Source of the DNA: an uncultured Bacteroidales bacterium
GTDB taxonomy: Bacteria; Bacteroidota; Bacteroidia; Bacteroidales; FEN-979
Assembly (NCBI GenBank): GCA_903945175.1
Contig: CAJAUM010000070.1
Span: 15,078 to 79,077 of the forward strand
Reading direction: 5' to 3'
DNA length: 64,000 bases
Every line of letters begins with the position of its first letter. The first letter of the stretch is position 1. Below, one piece after another: positions 8,382 through 17,612 of the stretch. The position numbers and the translations under genes are program-made. The notes below the pieces were generated by a model. The model worked only from the letters and a program-made list of their open reading frames with translations. It was not told the origin of the DNA and ran no database searches.

Positions 8382-11299
8382 TAGCCAAATACATCCTTTA
8401 ATTCCAGCGAATTTACCGGTCCGTAGGATGAAAGGGTTTTCATATCCAGTTCAGACTTTTTGCCCAGCACCATGATGGTGAAGTTTTTGTCCTTTATACA
8501 CTTCTGTTGAAAAACTTTCAGGTCGGCAAAGGTCATCATTGGCACCTTCTCAAATACATCTTTGCGGATATCATAGGTGAGCCCGAATTTCATGGCATTG
8601 ATATAATTGAACAACACCTGCGATTTGGTGATCCGCTCAGTCCGAATCTTGTTTATGATCGCCTCACGGGATGAATTCAGGGCCTTTTCACTTTCCGGCA
8701 TGTTGTTAAACAGGCCAACCATGGCCTTCATGGCTTCCGGAAGCTTGTCGATTTGTGTCCCGATATAGGAGAAGAGATAATAATTCTGATAGGGCTGCTG
8801 TGGCGGACGATAGCCGGCATACGCACTGTAGGCAAGCCCTTTTGATTCACGAATTTCCTGGAAAACAATTGAATTCATGCTGCCGCCAAAATATTCATTG
8901 AACAGGCGAACCACCGGAACGACAGTCTTATCATATTTATCCGACTTTGAAAGCATAATGATCTCGGCCTGCTTCATATCGTAATCCACGGTATACACTT
9001 TATTGGCATCCGTCGGTTTCTGCTCAAACATTACTGCAGTAGGAACCGGCTTTAATACGGCCGGCACCTGGTGCTCCTGATCCATAAGTAAAGTCAGCTT
9101 ATCTGTCTTATCAGGGCCATAATAAAGCACTTTATGTTTATACCCATTCAATCCTTTGATCAGGGCAACCAGATCTCCGGCTTTGAGTGCATCCAATTCA
9201 GATGACGATAAGATATGCGTGTAGGGTGACTTTTCGCCATAAACGCCATAGTTGTACATCGCAGACCAGAGAATGGTTTGCTTTGAAAGTTTGTCATCAT
9301 CCCTGCGTTTCTTGAGATCTGCCACCAGGTTCTTCAGCGCCTGATCGTTGGGAAGGGCCGTTGAGAGTAAATGCTCAAACAGTGAAACTGATTTGGCCAT
9401 ATTTTCGCTCAATCCGCTGAGTGAAACCCAAACATCGACATCTGAACTGTTCACGCTGAATGAACAACCCAATTTGTAGAACTCCTCCTGAATCTGGTTG
9501 GGTGAATATTTCGAAGTGCCCAGGTACTTCAGGTAATCAAGGGCGATACCCAGCTCACGGTTACTGTTGGTGCCCATTTCAAAGAAATAGTACAGTGAAA
9601 AGGTTTCATTCTCGGTATTTTCTTTATATAGCACAGGAATGTTACTTTTGATATTGAACTTTTTAATATCCTTTGCATAATCAAGGAATACCGGTTCAAT
9701 CAATGTACCAGGTTCCGACATTATCTTCTTGAGGAAGGCTGACTCCTCATCACGGTTCATGGTAACCGGAGTAATCTGCGGTTTCTGGATTTTCGCCGTT
9801 TCTTTTGCCTGTCCATTGCGCTTGTAAACGATGACATAGTTGTCCCCATAATTTTTATTGGCAAAATCTATCACATCCTTTTTGGTGATCTTTGAAAGAC
9901 GATTTACATTGTTCACTATATCAGCATGGGGTAGTTCCTTCACGAACTCGTCCACCAATTCCATGGTACGTCCGAAATTATTCTCATATTTCTTTATTTC
10001 AGCCAGTTTAAAATCATTGATGATGGCCGGGATAAGCCAATCTGGAAATTCGCCTTTCCTGACCAGCCCGATTTGTGACATGATGAGGTCTTTCACCTCT
10101 TCAAGCGATTGGCCCTCTTTGGCCTTTCCTGAAAAAACATTCACGGAGTAATCTTTCAGAACATAAGAAAATGCACTTGCTTCCAGCACCTTTTGTGCCT
10201 GATTCAGGTTCAGATCCAGCAAACCGGCCTTGCTGTTGCTTAATACCATATTGCACATCGTGACCAAATCCGCATCTTTCGTATCAACCCCACCCAGGCG
10301 ATAGCCAATGGTCACCGATTCAGCATCAGGTCCGAGAACCTCCTTCACAATGGGTTTTGTTATAGGATCCTCTTTAGCCGGAACATACGGAGTAACGGGC
10401 TTAGAGGCAAGCTGTCCGAATGTGGCATCCACCAGTTTGATCATCTCATCTGGATTAAAATCGCCTGAAAGTACAATGGCCATGTTATTGGGAACATACT
10501 TTGATGCAAAATAATTCCGCAGGGAGACAAGCGATGGATTTTTCAGATGCTCCACAGTTCCGAGGGTCGTTTGGGTTCCATAGGTATTCTTCTGAAATAA
10601 ACCGGAAAATAATTCATCAAAAATCTTATCATCATCATTGTCAAGACTCATGTTCTTCTCTTCATAAACGGTTTCCAATTCGGTATGGAACAACCTAAAG
10701 ACAGGATCCTGAAAACGTTCCCGTTCAATCTCCAGCCACTGGTTGGTTTTGTTCGACGGGATATCATTGATGTACACCGTCTCCTCAAAAGAGGTAAAGG
10801 CGTTGGTGCCTTTTGCCCCGATCACCGAGAGCAGCTTATCATACTCATTGGCAATGGCATAGGTAGCTGCAACACCCGACAAACTATCGATTTCGTGATA
10901 GATTTTTTTACGCTGAAGGGTATCCAACGTTTTTTTATACACCTCAAATTTGTATTCGATTTGATCGAGCAACGCCTTTTCTTTAACAAAATCTCTTGTC
11001 CCAAATTCATCGGTGCCCTTAAACATGATATGTTCGAGGTAATGCGACATTCCCGTATTGTCCGAAGGATCGTTTTTACTACCGGTCCGCACAGCAATGG
11101 CAGTCTGGATACGGGGTGCATCCTTGTAGACTGTGAGATAGACCTTGAGGCCGTTGTTCAGTGTGTATATCCTGGCCTTGAGCGGGTCGCCCGGAACGCT
11201 GTCATATTTATACGGTTTCTGACCAGCCTGAACGCTGAAGCTGAATGCCAGCGCAAACAACAATGCAATCATTGCAAAGCGTGTAATCGTCGTTTTCAT
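8378..11299 (-). CDS. M16 family (insulinase-like) zinc peptidase, exported
   Basis: Signal peptide, TGMSHYLEHIMFKGT (HxxEH), NAFTS, C-terminal IRESKGLAYSA. Confidence 0.9.
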   Translation of the reverse strand: MKTTITRFAMIALLFALAFSFSVQAGQKPYKYDSVPGDPLKARIYTLNNGLKVYLTVYKDAPRIQTAIAVRTGSKNDPSDNTGMSHYLEHIMFKGTDEFGTRDFVKEKALLDQIEYKFEVYKKTLDTLQRKKIYHEIDSLSGVAATYAIANEYDKLLSVIGAKGTNAFTSFEETVYINDIPSNKTNQWLEIERERFQDPVFRLFHTELETVYEEKNMSLDNDDDKIFDELFSGLFQKNTYGTQTTLGTVEHLKNPSLVSLRNYFASKYVPNNMAIVLSGDFNPDEMIKLVDATFGQLASKPVTPYVPAKEDPITKPIVKEVLGPDAESVTIGYRLGGVDTKDADLVTMCNMVLSNSKAGLLDLNLNQAQKVLEASAFSYVLKDYSVNVFSGKAKEGQSLEEVKDLIMSQIGLVRKGEFPDWLIPAIINDFKLAEIKKYENNFGRTMELVDEFVKELPHADIVNNVNRLSKITKKDVIDFANKNYGDNYVIVYKRNGQAKETAKIQKPQITPVTMNRDEESAFLKKIMSEPGTLIEPVFLDYAKDIKKFNIKSNIPVLYKENTENETFSLYYFFEMGTNSNRELGIALDYLKYLGTSKYSPNQIQEEFYKLGCSFSVNSSDVDVWVSLSGLSENMAKSVSLFEHLLSTALPNDQALKNLVADLKKRRDDDKLSKQTILWSAMYNYGVYGEKSPYTHILSSSELDALKAGDLVALIKGLNGYKHKVLYYGPDKTDKLTLLMDQEHQVPAVLKPVPTAVMFEQKPTDANKVYTVDYDMKQAEIIMLSKSDKYDKTVVPVVRLFNEYFGGSMNSIVFQEIRESKGLAYSAYAGYRPPQQPYQNYYLFSYIGTQIDKLPEAMKAMVGLFNNMPESEKALNSSREAIINKIRTERITKSQVLFNYINAMKFGLTYDIRKDVFEKVPMMTFADLKVFQQKCIKDKNFTIMVLGKKSELDMKTLSSYGPVNSLELKDVFGY

Positions 11300-11356
11300 A
11301 AAAGTGTCTTTTGGTGGAATTGATGGGTTTATATAATTTTTCTATCGGTTTGATTT

Positions 11357-12742
11357 CTATTTATGGAACTTCCTGATAAAGTCCTCCACCTCCGGTACGC
11401 CACCCTGGTAAATCAGGTAACCGTTGTAAGGCTCCCTTTTCGTGATTTCATCGTTGATGGGGGTCAGCATGATCTCCTTCACTTTGGCCAGGTCGGAGGT
11501 TTGACCCAGCGCCCAGCTTAGCTTGATAAACGCAGTTTCAGGCAGCATATTTTCAGCCGGGATGATTCCTTTGGCCATCAGGTCGCGCCCGGTATCATAT
11601 ACAAACATATGGACATATCCCCACAGGGTTTGCACGGTCATATAGATTGCGACACCCTTGGCAATGGCCCGTTCGATGGCGGGATAGATCGGCTTGTTCA
11701 CATGACCCAACCCGGTGCCAATGATGATGATCCCCTTATACCCTGCATCAACCAGTGCATCGATCACATCGGGTTGCATGTTGGTATAATAATAGATCAT
11801 GGTCACCTTCTCTTCATAATAGGGCATGATCGTCACATTCCGGTCTTTACGCCTGTGGTGGTATTCCTGCTTGATGGGAGTAACTCCCTGCCGGGTTACA
11901 GTGGCCAGCGGGGTATCGCCAATTGTGCGGAAGGTAGAGCGGTATGATGAATGCATTTTGCGGACGCGGGTGCCCTTGTGGAGGAATCCATATTCATCGG
12001 AGGTCGGCCCGAACATACAGACCATCACCTCGGCAATGTCGCCATGTGCAGCAGCAGTGGCCGCATGCATCAGGTTCAGGGCGGCGTCGGAGCTGGGCCG
12101 GTCAGACGAACGCTGGGAGCCGACCAAAACAATGGGTACCGGTGAATTCTGCACCATGAAGGTCAATGCCGCAGAGGTATAATGCAAGGTATCAGTTCCA
12201 TGGCCGATGATGATGCCATCGATCCCCTTTTCGATCTCATTTCCGATGGCGATGGCCAACTTTTTATATTGATCGGGTCCCATGTTTTCACTGAATACCG
12301 CAAACAACTTTTCGGTAGTCAGGTTACAGATATCGGCCAGTTCAGGAACGGCGCCATACAACTCTCCGGGTGAAAATGCAGGTATCACGGCCCCTGTGCG
12401 ATAATCCAGCCTGGATGCAATGGTGCCGCCTGTCCCCAGCAATTTAACATTGGGTTTATCTTTTGAATAGGGGAACTCCTTTTCAGGTATTTTATATACT
12501 GCCTTCTTGTATCCCAGTTCTTCAATACCGGTAATCCCATCAATGGAAACACCGATGTTGTAACCGGTGAAAATTTTCAGTACGATGTGTTTGTCATCGG
12601 TGTTTTCGGCCCGGGGCAATATCGTACCTTCAAACGTACCCCTGCTGCTGTCGACCCGAACCTTTGCCCAGACCCTGGCGGTATATTTCTGCAGTACTTC
12701 GAGTGCGCGGCCTTTATATCCCTGGAATATATCTTCGCTCAT
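11357..12742 (-). CDS. gatD: Glu-tRNA(Gln) amidotransferase subunit D (archaeal type)
   Basis: GatD-specific N-terminal domain (FEGTILPR...HIVLKIFTGYNIGV). Asparaginase-like core with GTGGTIASRLDYRTGAV, HGTDT, GSQRSSDRPSSDA, RVRKMHSS, GTGLGHV. Confidence 0.9.
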   Translation of the reverse strand: MSEDIFQGYKGRALEVLQKYTARVWAKVRVDSSRGTFEGTILPRAENTDDKHIVLKIFTGYNIGVSIDGITGIEELGYKKAVYKIPEKEFPYSKDKPNVKLLGTGGTIASRLDYRTGAVIPAFSPGELYGAVPELADICNLTTEKLFAVFSENMGPDQYKKLAIAIGNEIEKGIDGIIIGHGTDTLHYTSAALTFMVQNSPVPIVLVGSQRSSDRPSSDAALNLMHAATAAAHGDIAEVMVCMFGPTSDEYGFLHKGTRVRKMHSSYRSTFRTIGDTPLATVTRQGVTPIKQEYHHRRKDRNVTIMPYYEEKVTMIYYYTNMQPDVIDALVDAGYKGIIIIGTGLGHVNKPIYPAIERAIAKGVAIYMTVQTLWGYVHMFVYDTGRDLMAKGIIPAENMLPETAFIKLSWALGQTSDLAKVKEIMLTPINDEITKREPYNGYLIYQGGVPEVEDFIRKFHK

Positions 12743-12756
12743 GTTAGTTGGTGGTT

Positions 12757-12780
12757 TAATCGTGACGCGTGACGCGTGAC
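12757..12780 (+). repeat. (CGTGACG)n heptamer repeat in the gatE-gatD spacer
   Basis: taatcgtgacgcgtgacgcgtgac; same family as 1901-1945 and 51371-51398. Confidence 0.85.
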
Positions 12781-12783
12781 AAG

Positions 12784-14748
12784 TTATTCAATTTTAATTC
12801 CCTTGCTAAGTTCTCTCAGGGAGATATTCCCGGTGGCCAGCTTGTTTAGGTTTCCCATAACCCAACGCAATCCTGCAGAATCATCGTGAGAGCTTCTGAT
12901 CTCCTTGTATTTTTTGATAAGGAATGGAACCTTACCAAGAAGTTCCTCCCTGGTCACCGCTTTGAAATTCAGGGTAATCAGAATGGAATCGAAATCCATC
13001 TTGGGGTGTTGGTACAGATGTAACAGCATCCTTTTGGCTATGGCCAAATCCATATTCTTCTCAACAAGAAATTTCATCAAATCAAAAACCTTTTCATAGG
13101 TAAATTCAGGCAAAGCCGGATATTTTCCCTGGATGTATTTCAATGTGTGAGCCAGCAATGAAGATGTAAAACGGGCCGGCACCCCCAACTCAGTCCAGGC
13201 TTTTTCCATGAGGGGGACAAGGTTGTTTTTAAGGATATAGGTATGGGTATCTTCAGGCACATTCCATTCCATCAATTGTTGAATGCGTTCGGAAACCAGT
13301 TTCGGAAGGCCTTTCATTGCTGCGTCAATCGTAGCATCCTCCAGCGGAATGGGTGCTGAGTCTGTATCAGGATACATGCGGTCGGCACCGGGCAGCACGC
13401 GCTCAAATATCGTCGTTCCGTCTTCAAATGATTTCCGTGTTTCGTTCGGCACACCCATGAAGGCCATCTTACAACGTTCTTCAATGGTTTCGAGGGCTGT
13501 TTTGATGTCATCTTCCGGCCCCCAGAATATCAGTTGTGCATCGCCCTCTTTGCTTCCCAGCAGGGAGCGGACTTTGGTCCAGGCCTTCTCACCAACTGCA
13601 TCCTCAAACATTTCAGAATGAGCCAGATTGGGTTTTTCGATGCAGGCAATTACTTTTAGCCTGTCGGAAAATTCATCGGCAAACATTTTCCCTGGCTGGG
13701 TAAAGTGGGATAATATGCCATGAAATTGAGGCAGGTTTACCACATAGACTTTAACCAAGGCGTTTTTGGGCACCCCAAGGTTTTCCAGTTTGAAATCTTT
13801 GGCTTTGACCTCCTTCGACGAAATTTTCCAAGTTACCGTATCCTTGATCCTTGCAATCAATAGATCTTTAATCGCGAGCAAAGCCCATTGCCGGTAAGCT
13901 TCATTGTGCGTGAGTTCGGGCATCCAACCCGTATGGGCCACCCCCTTTATTTCAACTCGGGTTCCACCTTTACAGCTCACGTTCACATCGGCCCTGGTGG
14001 AGCCAATACCACTGCGTACTTTACCGGTACTGCGATTCAGGAAGCGAATGTAATCAGCGCCCTCCTTTACCTCGTCCGGGTTTTTAAAATCGGGGTAGGT
14101 TACAGTCTCGATCAGAGGCATTCCAAGCCGGTCGGTGCGGTAAATACGAACATGCCCGATATCGGAAACTTCGCGACAGGAGTCTTCTTCAAGACTAAGC
14201 TGGATCAGTCTGATTTTCTTGTGTTTCAACTGGATCTCACCCTCAATGCCAATGATTGCCGTGCGCTGAAAGCCGGTGGGGATGGAACCATCGAGGTACT
14301 GTTTCCGTGTAATGTGAACCTCTCCCACCACCTTTAGCTTCGAGAGCAGTGAAATATCAATCGCCTGGAGCAAGGCTTCCTGATTCAGCGGGAAGGGGGG
14401 CGTATCGTCCACATCATAGGTGCAGGCTGTTTCATTTTTAATCCGGTAAATGATGTTTTTTCGCGTTCTGAACTCCATAAGCGCGGTACCATCGTATTCA
14501 CCAAGTTCGCTCAGGGTTGGCCGCATATGGCGGACCAATTCGGCATCATAGTCATCTGCACTTTGAAAAATGCCGGCCGGACAATGGCAAAACAATTTTT
14601 CTTTGGTTTTTAACTGTTGGTGGACCTCCAGTCCCGACATAAAACCAATGCGATCGTAATCAGCCTGGGTGGCTTTTTCGCGTGTGACATATCCCGTTTT
14701 TTGCTTTGTTTCGGCATGGTTGCGCCTTACGTCAAAGGTTTGTTTCAT
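12784..14748 (-). CDS. gatE: Glu-tRNA(Gln) amidotransferase subunit E (archaeal type)
   Basis: GLEVHQQL, KLFCHCP, RPTLSELGEYD, DGSIPTGFQRT, LEEDSCR, DRLGMPLIE, RVEIKGV. Has the AspRS-like insertion ending GVPNETR, then RVLPGADRMYPDTD, and a helical/Yqey-like tail. The start at 14748 is inferred (14790 is an alternative). Confidence 0.9.
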   Translation of the reverse strand: MKQTFDVRRNHAETKQKTGYVTREKATQADYDRIGFMSGLEVHQQLKTKEKLFCHCPAGIFQSADDYDAELVRHMRPTLSELGEYDGTALMEFRTRKNIIYRIKNETACTYDVDDTPPFPLNQEALLQAIDISLLSKLKVVGEVHITRKQYLDGSIPTGFQRTAIIGIEGEIQLKHKKIRLIQLSLEEDSCREVSDIGHVRIYRTDRLGMPLIETVTYPDFKNPDEVKEGADYIRFLNRSTGKVRSGIGSTRADVNVSCKGGTRVEIKGVAHTGWMPELTHNEAYRQWALLAIKDLLIARIKDTVTWKISSKEVKAKDFKLENLGVPKNALVKVYVVNLPQFHGILSHFTQPGKMFADEFSDRLKVIACIEKPNLAHSEMFEDAVGEKAWTKVRSLLGSKEGDAQLIFWGPEDDIKTALETIEERCKMAFMGVPNETRKSFEDGTTIFERVLPGADRMYPDTDSAPIPLEDATIDAAMKGLPKLVSERIQQLMEWNVPEDTHTYILKNNLVPLMEKAWTELGVPARFTSSLLAHTLKYIQGKYPALPEFTYEKVFDLMKFLVEKNMDLAIAKRMLLHLYQHPKMDFDSILITLNFKAVTREELLGKVPFLIKKYKEIRSSHDDSAGLRWVMGNLNKLATGNISLRELSKGIKIE

Positions 14749-14843
14749 TGGATGGGCAGAATAGTGGAAAGAGATTTCAAATTTACCCATTTTGCGGATA
14801 TTTTGAAGTAAATGTTCATTTATTTTGGTAAGATTGACTTTAG

Positions 14844-14851
14844 TATCTTTG
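14844..14851 (+). promoter_or_regulatory. TAnnTTTG -7 promoter element for the OstA-like gene
   Basis: TATCTTTG lies upstream of the ATGs at 14860 and 14872. Confidence 0.55.
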
Positions 14852-14871
14852 CCGATGCTATGCATGAATAT

Positions 14872-16389
14872 ATGACCCGGATTTTCCGACTCCTTTCCCT
14901 GTTTTTTTTACTTGGTCATCTTGCCGGGTTTTCTCAGAAGGAGACTGCTCCTACCAAAATTCAATATTCAGGGACGATCTGGCAATTCAACAAGGACATC
15001 TACCCTGATGGTCCGCGGGTGCTTGGAAATGTGGTTATGAACCACGACAGTGCTTTCCTCTATTGCGACAGCGCCTATGTGAATGAAAAAGCCAACAGGG
15101 TTATCGCATACGGCAATGTGCGTGTCAAACTAAGCGATACGTTGAACCTATATGGCGATTCACTTAAATATGACGGCAATACAAAGATCGCCCATGCAAA
15201 CAGCAATGTCAGGCTGATCGACAACCAAACCACCCTTACCACGGACACCTTGGTCTATAATCGTAAAACGCAGATTGCGCAATACGACTATTGGGGTAAA
15301 ATTGTCAACGCCAACAATTATCTGGTCAGCCAACATGGTTATTATTACACGGATAAAAAGGAATTTTTCTTTAAGCATAAGGTGGTGCTGATCAATCCCG
15401 ATTACACCATGAACTCCGACACGCTCATGTACAATACCCTGACGAAAACTGCCTTCTTTTTTGGTCCTTCGCACATCATCAGCAAAGACAAGCGGGATTC
15501 GATCTACTGCGAAAACGGATGGTACAACACCCATCTCGATATGGCGCGTTTCAGGAACCGTGCACGGATCTATCATGAACAGACATTCCTGACCGGCGAC
15601 AGCATGTTTTATAAACGAAAATCAGGTTTCGGGCAGGTATTTCGGAAGGCATTGCTGATCGATACAAAAAACAACATCCTGTTAATGGGAAATTATGGAG
15701 AGATGCACCGGGAGGCAGGTTTTGCATTCATGACCGACAGTGCCGTTACAGTAATGGCTGAGAAGCGTGATTCACTGTTCATGCATTCCGATACGCTGCG
15801 TGCAACCTTTGACTCAGCGCAAAACATTATCTCCGTATTTTGTTTTTACAAGGTGAAATTCTTCCGGCACGACATGCAGGGAATGTGTGATTCTCTTACA
15901 TATCACCGCCGCGATTCATCGATGACCATGTACCACGATCCGATCATATGGTCAGATTCAAACCAGCTCTCAGCCGATTCGATCAAACTTAAAATGCATA
16001 ACGGGGAGGCCGATTCACTGAAACTTTACAATTCGGCCTTCATTGTCTCAAAAGATGATACCGGAAGCTACAACCAGATCAAGGGACGCAATGTGCTGGC
16101 CAAATTCAGGAACAATGATCTTTACAAAATCAATGTCCTTGGAAATGCAGAAACCATCTATTATTCCAGGGAGGAAGACCGTACTTTGATCGGGATCAAT
16201 GTAACCTTATCAAGTGATATGCTCATATTTCTTGAAAAGAATCAAATACAAACCATCACCTACATCAACAAAGTTGAATCGCACCTTTATCCCGAAAAGG
16301 ATGTGCCGTTTAATGAGCGGAAATTAAAAAATTTCCGATGGGAGGAAAAACGAAGACCGCTTAGAAAGTCGGATATTTTTGTTTGGTAG
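14872..16389 (+). CDS. OstA/LptA-like beta-jellyroll envelope protein
   Basis: Signal peptide, then repeated LYCDSA, LYGDSL, LTTDTL, MNSDTL and LSADSI strands typical of Bacteroidota OstA-like proteins. Confidence 0.75.
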   Translation: MTRIFRLLSLFFLLGHLAGFSQKETAPTKIQYSGTIWQFNKDIYPDGPRVLGNVVMNHDSAFLYCDSAYVNEKANRVIAYGNVRVKLSDTLNLYGDSLKYDGNTKIAHANSNVRLIDNQTTLTTDTLVYNRKTQIAQYDYWGKIVNANNYLVSQHGYYYTDKKEFFFKHKVVLINPDYTMNSDTLMYNTLTKTAFFFGPSHIISKDKRDSIYCENGWYNTHLDMARFRNRARIYHEQTFLTGDSMFYKRKSGFGQVFRKALLIDTKNNILLMGNYGEMHREAGFAFMTDSAVTVMAEKRDSLFMHSDTLRATFDSAQNIISVFCFYKVKFFRHDMQGMCDSLTYHRRDSSMTMYHDPIIWSDSNQLSADSIKLKMHNGEADSLKLYNSAFIVSKDDTGSYNQIKGRNVLAKFRNNDLYKINVLGNAETIYYSREEDRTLIGINVTLSSDMLIFLEKNQIQTITYINKVESHLYPEKDVPFNERKLKNFRWEEKRRPLRKSDIFVW

Positions 16390-16400
16390 AAAACCCGGCG

Positions 16401-16453
16401 AATGACCAATGACCAATTACCAATTACCAATGACCAATTACCAATGACCAATT
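16401..16453 (+). repeat. Heptamer tandem repeat (AATKACC) x7
   Basis: aatgacc aatgacc aattacc aattacc aatgacc aattacc aatgacc aatt. Confidence 0.95.
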
Positions 16454-16462
16454 TTAACTCCA

Positions 16463-16627
16463 TTACCTTGTTACCTTGTCACCTTGTTACCTTGTCACCT
16501 TGTCACCTTGTTACCTTGTTACCTTGTCACCTTGTCACCTTGTCACCTTGTCACCTTGTCACCTTGTCACCTTGTCACCTTGTCACCTTGTCACCTTGTC
16601 ACCCTGTCACCCTGTTACCCTGTCACC
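16463..16627 (+). repeat. Octamer tandem repeat (TYACCYTG) x~20
   Basis: About 20 contiguous ttaccttg/tcaccttg/tcaccctg units between the convergent OstA-like and mlaD genes. Confidence 0.97.
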
Positions 16628-16629
16628 TC

Positions 16630-17577
16630 TTAAAACACCGACACCTTCACGTATTTGCCAGGATTCTTCTTGATGTCTTCCAACAATAAATTCAGATCGC
16701 GGGCGGCTTTTTCAACTTCCTTATAAAGTTGTTCATTTGTCAGCAATTGGCCAACCGTTCCCTCTCCCTTGTTGATTTTTTGAAGCACAAGGTCCAGGTC
16801 GACAATGGCATTGTTTAGCTGCGCAATGGTGTAAGGAATGCGGGCTTTTGCAAGGGAATCACTGATATCAGAAAAATTGGTGATCACATTGGTTATTTTA
16901 TCATTGTTCTGTTTCAGGTTGTTGCTGATCGACTCTACATTGGTGATGATTTTTGCAAGGTTATTGCGCTGGGATCCCATCAGTGTGTCGAGATTTTGCG
17001 TAGTATGCGCAATGTTTCCAAGGGTCTGCTTCACATGTTCGATGGCTTCAACCAGGTTTTCACGGGTGTTTTTATTGAGCACCTGTTGAATAATGACTGC
17101 AATGGTATCAATGGAACTGATCAGATTTTCTGCTTTTGTTTTCAATGGAAGCAACTGTTTGTTCACCTCCTGGCCCAGGGTTGCTTCAAGTGCCGATAAA
17201 AGTGTATCCCCTGATACAGCCATCACTTTTGAATCACCGGGAATAATCTCTACCTCCGGCGCTCCAAGCAGGCTGGAACTGAATATGCGTGCTTTTGAAT
17301 TTTTCGCAATGGGATAATCTCCCAGGATATACAGCTCTACGATTATATTTTTGGGGTTATCCTTGTCGAAATAGAGTTTCTTGACCTGTCCGACTTTCAA
17401 TCCCTTGATGGAGATTGGGTTCGCAGCAACCAGGCCATTTACCTGGTCATAAACGGCATAAAACGTTCGGCTGGTCTTAAGCAATTCAAGACCTTTCAGA
17501 AACATCAGACCCCAGATAAGTACTGCAGTTGCGATTACAAAAGTAACGCCGACTTTTATCTCTTTCCTGATTTTCAC
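16630..17577 (-). CDS. MlaD/MCE family protein
   Basis: N-terminal TM helix, MCE domain (VNGLVAANPISIKGLKVGQV, ARIFSSSLLG), helical tail ending DIKKNPGKYVKVSVF. Confidence 0.88.
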   Translation of the reverse strand: MKIRKEIKVGVTFVIATAVLIWGLMFLKGLELLKTSRTFYAVYDQVNGLVAANPISIKGLKVGQVKKLYFDKDNPKNIIVELYILGDYPIAKNSKARIFSSSLLGAPEVEIIPGDSKVMAVSGDTLLSALEATLGQEVNKQLLPLKTKAENLISSIDTIAVIIQQVLNKNTRENLVEAIEHVKQTLGNIAHTTQNLDTLMGSQRNNLAKIITNVESISNNLKQNNDKITNVITNFSDISDSLAKARIPYTIAQLNNAIVDLDLVLQKINKGEGTVGQLLTNEQLYKEVEKAARDLNLLLEDIKKNPGKYVKVSVF

Positions 17578-17612
17578 TGTATCTGTTTTTGCAAACTTAC
17601 AAATAATAATAT

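Noticed and set aside
11357-14748. Ordinary ansA plus gatB
   Set aside because: The GatD-specific N-terminal domain, the SQRSSDRPSSD motif and the GatE AspRS-like insertion are present, and no gatA or gatC is adjacent.
16401-16627. Possible CRISPR array
   Set aside because: The units are contiguous 7-8 nt repeats with no unique spacers, and no cas genes are in the window.
16402-16689. ORFs 16402-16689 and 16476-16673 (PCHLVTLS repeats)
   Set aside because: They are translations of the microsatellite, which lacks stops in those frames, and they overlap the end of mlaD.
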